Under the pieces are notes generated by a model, which was not told the origin of the DNA, did no database searches, and worked only from the letters and a program-made list of their open reading frames with translations. A program made the position numbers and the translations under genes. Source: a virus (Duplodnaviria > Caudoviricetes). From it: DNA of 29,867 bases. The stretch spans positions 1 to 29,867 of the IMG/VR virus record IMGVR_UViG_3300025368_000016. One strand, 5' to 3'. Positions 24,974 through 29,867 of the stretch are shown one piece after another. How positions within the stretch are numbered: the first letter of the stretch is position 1; every line of letters begins with the position of its first letter.

Positions 24974-25480
24974 CTAACGCTTCCGCGCGACCTGCTTCCA
25001 ATCTGTCACCAACGTGCCTTCAAGGCCGCAGGTTGACAAAACCTCCGCATTGTAGGCCCCGAATGCGGCCAGGCAGACGGGCGCCCCCGAGTTGGCCGGC
25101 TGCGGCGTGCCGTCTGGTGTGCAGAACGATATCCGCTTCCGCAGAAACAGCACGGCGTTGGCGTCCTTCCAGATCGGCTGAAACCAGTCCGTCTCGACAC
25201 GAGCGTGAATCAGCGCAATGCCGTCTCCGTGCGCGGCCAGCCGACCGATCCACGTGCCGACCACGCGGCGGTCGAACGGCGGGTTCAACCAGACGCGGCC
25301 GTGCCACCGTTTGCTCAGACCGTCGTCCGCAAACGCCAGATTGTGCTTCGCGCAGTCCCACGGCCGAGGATCGGCCGCGCACGGGTCCAAATCAAACACC
25401 CCCAGACGATCCAGCAGACTTCGTGGCGTCAGATGCGTCTGCGACAGGCCAATGGCGCGCTGGTGGCTTCCGAGAGTCAT
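24974..25480 (-). CDS. Phage DNA N6-adenine methyltransferase (phage Dam-like family), 168 aa
   Basis: ATG at 25480; TP...FDLDPCA, DGL...W.GRVWLNPPF catalytic motif, ARVETDWF. Confidence 0.88.
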   Translation of the reverse strand: MTLGSHQRAIGLSQTHLTPRSLLDRLGVFDLDPCAADPRPWDCAKHNLAFADDGLSKRWHGRVWLNPPFDRRVVGTWIGRLAAHGDGIALIHARVETDWFQPIWKDANAVLFLRKRISFCTPDGTPQPANSGAPVCLAAFGAYNAEVLSTCGLEGTLVTDWKQVARKR

Positions 25481-25484
25481 GCGC

Positions 25485-26009
25485 CTAATGCTTCCCCAAA
25501 TTGCCCGCAGCAGCCACGCGGGGCGCCACGGCGGCGTGCTGCTGGACCACGCCCTGCATCGCCGACACGCCGGCCCCGGCATAGGGTCCGACCCGCGTGG
25601 ACCTAGCGTACTCGGCTGCGGTCGACTGATCCATGTGCCCGCCCGCGCCCGTCTGCGCCATGAACGTGGACACGGGGTTGCTGACCGCGGCGACCGATGT
25701 CTCGCCCTCGCGGGCGTTGTCACGCATGTTGGTGATGCGCATCGCGCCCATGTCGGCGGCACTCTCGCCCAGGGCCTCGGCCGCCAACTCGGCACGGTGC
25801 GCGGAACTGTCCTCCATCGCCCGATAGACGTTGTCGGCCACCTTGCCGATCGACTTGGCCACGTGTGGGGCGGACAGCTCGGGCGCGGTGCCTGTCATGT
25901 CAGCGCCGCAGAGGACGCACCGGTTCGGCGGCTCCTCCGTCGAGCGCATGTGGAGATGGTCGAAATAGCCCTCGCAGTCCGGGCATTGGTAAGTGCGGAT
26001 CACGGGCAT
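25485..26009 (-). CDS. FmdB-like zinc-ribbon protein, 174 aa
   Basis: ATG at 26009; MPVIRTYQCPDCEGYFD...RCVLCG. Confidence 0.8.
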   Translation of the reverse strand: MPVIRTYQCPDCEGYFDHLHMRSTEEPPNRCVLCGADMTGTAPELSAPHVAKSIGKVADNVYRAMEDSSAHRAELAAEALGESAADMGAMRITNMRDNAREGETSVAAVSNPVSTFMAQTGAGGHMDQSTAAEYARSTRVGPYAGAGVSAMQGVVQQHAAVAPRVAAAGNLGKH

Positions 26010-26011
26010 GG

Positions 26012-26173
26012 TTAGCGGGCCTTCTTCTTCGCCGCGCGCATGTTGTCCACGAGGTTCGGATACGGTCGGCCCGCGGCGGCAGCGGCTTTTTTGGCCGCCG
26101 TCTTCTGCGCTGGCGTCAGCGCGGTGGATGTCTTCTTGGGGCTTTTCGTGCCCCACACCGGCTTCCTGCTCAT
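26012..26173 (-). CDS. Small basic protein, 53 aa (GRPYPNLVDNM motif)
   Basis: Not in the ORF track. ATGA overlap with the terminase stop, GGAGGGG SD; MSRKPVWGTKSPKKTSTALTPAQKTAAKKAAAAAGRPYPNLVDNMRAAKKKAR. Confidence 0.8.
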   Translation of the reverse strand: MSRKPVWGTKSPKKTSTALTPAQKTAAKKAAAAAGRPYPNLVDNMRAAKKKAR

Positions 26174-28134
26174 CTGCCCCTCCAGGCCATGCGAGCCGCG
26201 AGCGCCGCGGCGGCGCGTCGGTCAGCCTGCTTCCCCTTGAAATACTGGTTCAGGCTGTGCGTGGCCAGCAAAGAAAACTGGTCCTGCATGGACAGCCTGG
26301 TGCGCGCGATCTCCGACTCCCGCGTTCGGTTCGACGCGATCAGCGGCCGGCGCTCGTATTGCTCCCAGCACAGCACCGCCATCGCCAAGGCCAGCACGCG
26401 GTCGTCGTGGTCGTCGCCCTCGGCCTTGATGCTGTCGCCGTCCCGCGTGACCACGCGGAGTTCGTCGATTGCGTCGCGCGACCGCAGGATGATGCCGCCG
26501 TTGGTAACAAAGTCGCGCAGGCGCTCCATCATGGCGACCTTGTTGACGCCGGTCGTTTTCCAGTGAACCGAGCCTTGCCCTGGCACGACCGCGTCCGGCC
26601 GCGTGTAGAGGTAGTTCTTGCAGTTGACGAAAAAATTCTTGAGGCCTTGCTCGTCCGCCTCTTTTTTGAGGTAGCCGCTGCTGACGATGCGCTTGAGGCT
26701 CTGGTATTCCTGCCACACCGCGACGCCGGGCCCGTTGATCTCCAGCATGAGGCGCGTGTTCTTGTACCAGCCCATCAGCGACGCCAGCACCCAGGCAAAC
26801 TGGTGTGGTTGCACGTTGGTGGACGCGAACTCGCCGACCTGTTCGATCTTGTCGGCATAGCAGCGCATGATCTGCGCGGCGCTGCGGTCGTTGTGCTCGT
26901 TGGCGCCGTAGGCCGGGTCGGCGGCCACGATGTAGACGCCCTCGGGCTTTGGCTCTTCCCAGATCTTTAACTGGATCTGACGCCGATGCCGCGCCGGCTC
27001 AATCGACATGCTAATAAAATCGGCGCCCGTGTAGAACATCCACGATTTGAAGTCGTCGCTCGCGGTGGTCTTGCTGATCTCCGTCAGCTTGTCCGACGAG
27101 AAGAAATTGCTCCCGTCGGTGGTAAACATCTCTTCCTCGACCCACGGGTGCTCGCGGCCCTGGTACTCGTCGTAGGCGATGCTGTCGTCCGAATCGCCTT
27201 CGTCGTCCTCGCCGTAGCCGAGCGGATTGGTTTCCTTGCGATACCACGCCAGCTGCTCGCGCGTGACCTTCCAGCCGTAGCGCTCCTCGACCTCGGCAAT
27301 GCGCTTCGCCTCTTCCTTCGTCACGGGTGGCGAGCCGAACTTCTCGAACTGCGCCGTGTGCGCCCGGATGCGGTGCGTCGGGACTAGATACCAGCCGGTG
27401 AAGATCGTGGCCTCTTCCAGATCGTTCGCCTTGGCCTTCTGCCAGAGCTTGTACCAATCCGAGCCCACGTTGCGGCCGGTGGACTCCCACAGGAACAGCC
27501 GGTTGGGGTTCTCGACCGCTAGCGACTTGCGAAACGACGACAGGCCCTCCGGGTTGTTGTAGGTGCCGACCTCGGACGCATGGACCATCGTGATGCCCTG
27601 GCCGCGGCCCAGCGCCCCGCCGCCCGCCGTCTGCTTCACGCCGGCCGACAGGAAAGTCACGGTGCTGCCGTTGCTGAACCTGCCGCCGTATCGGTTGGAC
27701 TTGAAGCTCGGAAACCGCAGCTTCGCCGGCAGGCTCGCCAAGGTGTACTCGACCTCGGTGCGCGCTTCGCTCATGTGCTGCGCCGTGTCCAGCAGGAACG
27801 CGCCGCGGGAGCCGGGGTGCAGCGCGATCCACATGGAGCTGAACGGACGGCAGATTGTCGAGATGCCCTGCTGACGACCCTTGCCCCATTTGAAATCATG
27901 GATCCCGCGTTGCAGACCGGAGAATACCTCGTCCAGGCCCCGCTCCTGCGCCGGGTAAAGTTGCCCACCCAGGACGATCTCGCCCTTCTCCTTCGACGGG
28001 ATCACGCAGTAGTTGAGGAACTCTAAAAACACTTCTTTGTAGGCTTTGGCTTTGTCGGCGGACCAGACTTCCCCCGTGTCCTCCAGGTGGTAGTCGCGAG
28101 TGTGGACTGCCGGAGCCTCAATCTCCTCACTCAT
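26170..28134 (-). CDS. terL: Terminase large subunit, 654 aa
   Basis: Walker A-like KGRQQGIST, Walker B-like MVHASE, coupling motif EST, RNase H-like nuclease residues ADPAYG / DRSA / HDDRVLA; ATG at 28134 in an ATGA overlap. Confidence 0.92.
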   Translation of the reverse strand: MSEEIEAPAVHTRDYHLEDTGEVWSADKAKAYKEVFLEFLNYCVIPSKEKGEIVLGGQLYPAQERGLDEVFSGLQRGIHDFKWGKGRQQGISTICRPFSSMWIALHPGSRGAFLLDTAQHMSEARTEVEYTLASLPAKLRFPSFKSNRYGGRFSNGSTVTFLSAGVKQTAGGGALGRGQGITMVHASEVGTYNNPEGLSSFRKSLAVENPNRLFLWESTGRNVGSDWYKLWQKAKANDLEEATIFTGWYLVPTHRIRAHTAQFEKFGSPPVTKEEAKRIAEVEERYGWKVTREQLAWYRKETNPLGYGEDDEGDSDDSIAYDEYQGREHPWVEEEMFTTDGSNFFSSDKLTEISKTTASDDFKSWMFYTGADFISMSIEPARHRRQIQLKIWEEPKPEGVYIVAADPAYGANEHNDRSAAQIMRCYADKIEQVGEFASTNVQPHQFAWVLASLMGWYKNTRLMLEINGPGVAVWQEYQSLKRIVSSGYLKKEADEQGLKNFFVNCKNYLYTRPDAVVPGQGSVHWKTTGVNKVAMMERLRDFVTNGGIILRSRDAIDELRVVTRDGDSIKAEGDDHDDRVLALAMAVLCWEQYERRPLIASNRTRESEIARTRLSMQDQFSLLATHSLNQYFKGKQADRRAAAALAARMAWRGR

Positions 28135-28328
28135 GCGTCCCGCTCCCCTGCGCCGTCGCACGCCGGGCAGTCCAGCACGACCGTTGACAGCTTGGCGGCG
28201 CGCAACAGCGTGGCCGTCAGAAGATCTCCGCTCCGCTCCATCCGGTCGGCCGTGCGTTGCCGCTCGTCCTCGGTCTCGGCGCGCAGAAAGATACCCGTGC
28301 CCTCGCAGGTGTTGCACTTCACCGCCAC
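28131..28328 (-). CDS. Small Zn-finger protein with two CxxCxGxG motifs, 65 aa
   Basis: CNTCEGTG and CPACDGAG; GGAGG SD. Confidence 0.7.
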   Translation of the reverse strand: MAVKCNTCEGTGIFLRAETEDERQRTADRMERSGDLLTATLLRAAKLSTVVLDCPACDGAGERDA

Positions 28329-28573
28329 GCCCGGCCTCCCGCGCGTTCTTGCATTCCGGCCTTCAACTCGTTGATCGCCAGCTCCACCTGACCCTGCACG
28401 CTCGACCAGAACACCGCAGGGTTCGGATTGGACGTGGTCGCGATCGCGTCAATCGTGATCATGGGGTCGCTCGGGGGGACAATCACGAACACGCCACCGA
28501 ACGTGCCCCGGGCGGCGTCGAGCTGGTCAGCGATGGCGCGCAAGGCGGTCGCGGCGTCCGCGTGTGTGGTCAT
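28319..28573 (-). CDS. Hypothetical protein, 84 aa
   Basis: Tightly packed in the operon with plausible composition. Confidence 0.7.
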   Translation of the reverse strand: MTTHADAATALRAIADQLDAARGTFGGVFVIVPPSDPMITIDAIATTSNPNPAVFWSSVQGQVELAINELKAGMQERAGGRAWR

Positions 28574-28576
28574 CGC

Positions 28577-28801
28577 TCAGCCCCCTTCCAGATACCGGTG
28601 CTTGAACCGGTTCTTGACGTTCGCGTGCAGCGCGGCGCCGACGCTCGGGGCCGTCTGCACCTGGCTCGCGACGCCCGGAGGCACGCCCTCGTAGATTACG
28701 GTTTTGCCGTTCGTGTAGACGACGTGCAACTCGCCGGAGGCGGTGTCATAGCCCACGGTGCTGACGTGGCTGCTGAACACGGGCTTGTGGCTCACGGGCA
28801 C
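28577..28801 (-). CDS. KTSC-domain protein, 72-74 aa
   Basis: SSHVSTVGYD...LHVVYTNG...Y.GVP...APSVGAALHANVK matches the KTSC pattern. Confidence 0.88.
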   Translation of the reverse strand: MPVSHKPVFSSHVSTVGYDTASGELHVVYTNGKTVIYEGVPPGVASQVQTAPSVGAALHANVKNRFKHRYLEGG

Positions 28802-28808
28802 GGGCTGA

Positions 28809-28888
28809 TCCTCTCGTGAAGCTCAATGCTGGCCATCAGACGGTCCTCTCGTGAAGCTCAATGCTGGCCATCAGACGGTCCTCTCGTG
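28809..28888. repeat. 35-bp exact tandem repeat, 2.3 copies
   Basis: TCCTCTCGTGAAGCTCAATGCTGGCCATCAGACGG at 28809 and 28844, plus TCCTCTCGTG at 28879. Confidence 0.97.
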
Positions 28889-29596
28889 GCGTTGCGGTTT
28901 CTGGTCGGCATGAGCGGCCTTCAACATCCTCTCCACCTGGGTTGGCGCGAACGGACGGCCGGTGCGGCCGACATATCCCAGATCCTCCAGCCGGTAGGAG
29001 ATGCGCCTGAACGAGAGGCCAGTCTTGCGCAAGCTGACGGCCTCGTCAAGTATCCGGCGTTCGGCCGGGTTGGCCACAAGCCTCGCGTCACGGCCCGCCC
29101 CCTCGACCTGATAGCCGAACGGCGCCTCGCCGCCGGCAAACCCGCCCGACCGCTGCTTGGCCCGCTTGCCGTCCATCACGCGCTCCGCGATACGGGTGCG
29201 CTCGAACTCGGCGAACGCCGCCAGCATCGTGAAAAACAGCTTTGCCACGCCGTTCTCCGTCACCGGATCGGGCCCCATGTCGGCAATCACGAGTTTGACG
29301 CTCATCTCCTGGAGCCGGCCCGCGGTGGCGAGGGCGTCCTGCGCGCTGCGGAAGATGCGGTCCATCTTGGCCGCGATCACGGTGTCGCCGGGCTTCAACG
29401 CCGCCAACATCTCGGCCCCGCCCGGGCGCTGGCTGATCGGAGTGCCGCCGCTGACGCCCGGGTCGGAAAACACACGGGTGATCTCCTCGCCGCGCATCAG
29501 GGCGGCCCCGGTGATGCGGCGGACCTGGTCGTCAAGAGAACTGCGGTCGGTGGCCTGCTCGGTCGTTGAGACGCGAACGTAGGCATAGATGCTCAT
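28871..29596 (-). CDS. Serine recombinase (resolvase/invertase catalytic domain plus short recombinase-type DNA-binding domain), 241 aa
   Basis: YVRVST (catalytic Ser), DPGVSG, RPG, KMDRIFRS, FAEFERTRIAER, GGEAPFGY; GGAG SD. Confidence 0.93.
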   Translation of the reverse strand: MSIYAYVRVSTTEQATDRSSLDDQVRRITGAALMRGEEITRVFSDPGVSGGTPISQRPGGAEMLAALKPGDTVIAAKMDRIFRSAQDALATAGRLQEMSVKLVIADMGPDPVTENGVAKLFFTMLAAFAEFERTRIAERVMDGKRAKQRSGGFAGGEAPFGYQVEGAGRDARLVANPAERRILDEAVSLRKTGLSFRRISYRLEDLGYVGRTGRPFAPTQVERMLKAAHADQKPQRHERTV

Positions 29597-29770
29597 CAAA
29601 ATCTCCGTCGTCTAGGGGGGTAAGGGGTGGAAATTACTGATCGTTGGCGGAGGATTACTGGTCGCTACCCGCCGTTAGCGGGCGTTACGGCGGAAAACGG
29701 AAAAATTTATGGGGGGCGTAGGGTTGGGTGTCCCCGAATCCTCCAACTTTGCGTCCCGGCGCCAAGCGGG

Positions 29771-29867
29771 GCCGCCGAGGGCCGCCGAGGGCCGCCGAGG
29801 GCCGCCGAGGGCCGCCGAGGGCCGCCGAGGGCCGCCGAGGGCCGCCGAGGGCCGCCGAGGGCCGCCG
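29771..29867. repeat. 10-bp tandem array (GCCGCCGAGG)n, at least 9.7 perfect copies, running off the window
   Basis: Read directly from the sequence. Confidence 0.98.

Noticed and set aside
26170-28317. Extended N-termini in the ORF track (terminase 715 aa, methyltransferase 273 aa, Zn-ribbon 223 aa, 13419..14033)
   Set aside because: The extensions overlap genuine upstream genes; internal ATGs at or near stop-start junctions fit better.
28809-28888. 35-bp repeats as a CRISPR array
   Set aside because: The units are head-to-tail with no spacers, and there are no cas genes.
28871-29596. IS607 or Tn3-family element
   Set aside because: No N-terminal HTH, no tnpB or transposase, and no terminal inverted repeats; the gene is coupled to phage genes.

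Overview
This window is the late (packaging and morphogenesis) half of a GC-rich tailed phage or prophage with a podovirus-type gene order, almost all on the minus strand. Read right to left it carries: a 10-bp tandem array, serine recombinase, KTSC protein, terminase large subunit, Zn-ribbon protein, N6-adenine methyltransferase, portal, scaffold, major capsid, decoration-like protein, two paralogous adaptor proteins, nozzle-like protein, two GNAT-like proteins, ejection-like proteins, holin candidate, tail fibres and a truncated receptor-binding-type gene. Four plus-strand elements sit inside this operon: an HNH-AP2 endonuclease, an atypical HNH-like protein, an apparently leaderless AlpA/Xis-type HTH gene, and a ~60-nt non-coding RNA. 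The RNA has the hallmarks of the alphaproteobacterial alpha-r8 (MmgR/GsrN, Rfam suhB) sRNA family, which points to an alphaproteobacterial host. The most interesting signals are: (1) this phage-borne anti-Shine-Dalgarno sRNA next to the portal start; (2) a divergent control region with the HTH gene on one side and a ~100-nt structured leader plus an 11-aa basic peptide (MARKMHRKGRK) on the other; (3) a 35-bp repeat that builds translationally coupled mini-ORFs after the recombinase; (4) a recombinase with a repeat array at the head of the packaging operon, with no recognisable small terminase. All assignments were made by eye from motifs and gene order. No searches or folding programs were run.
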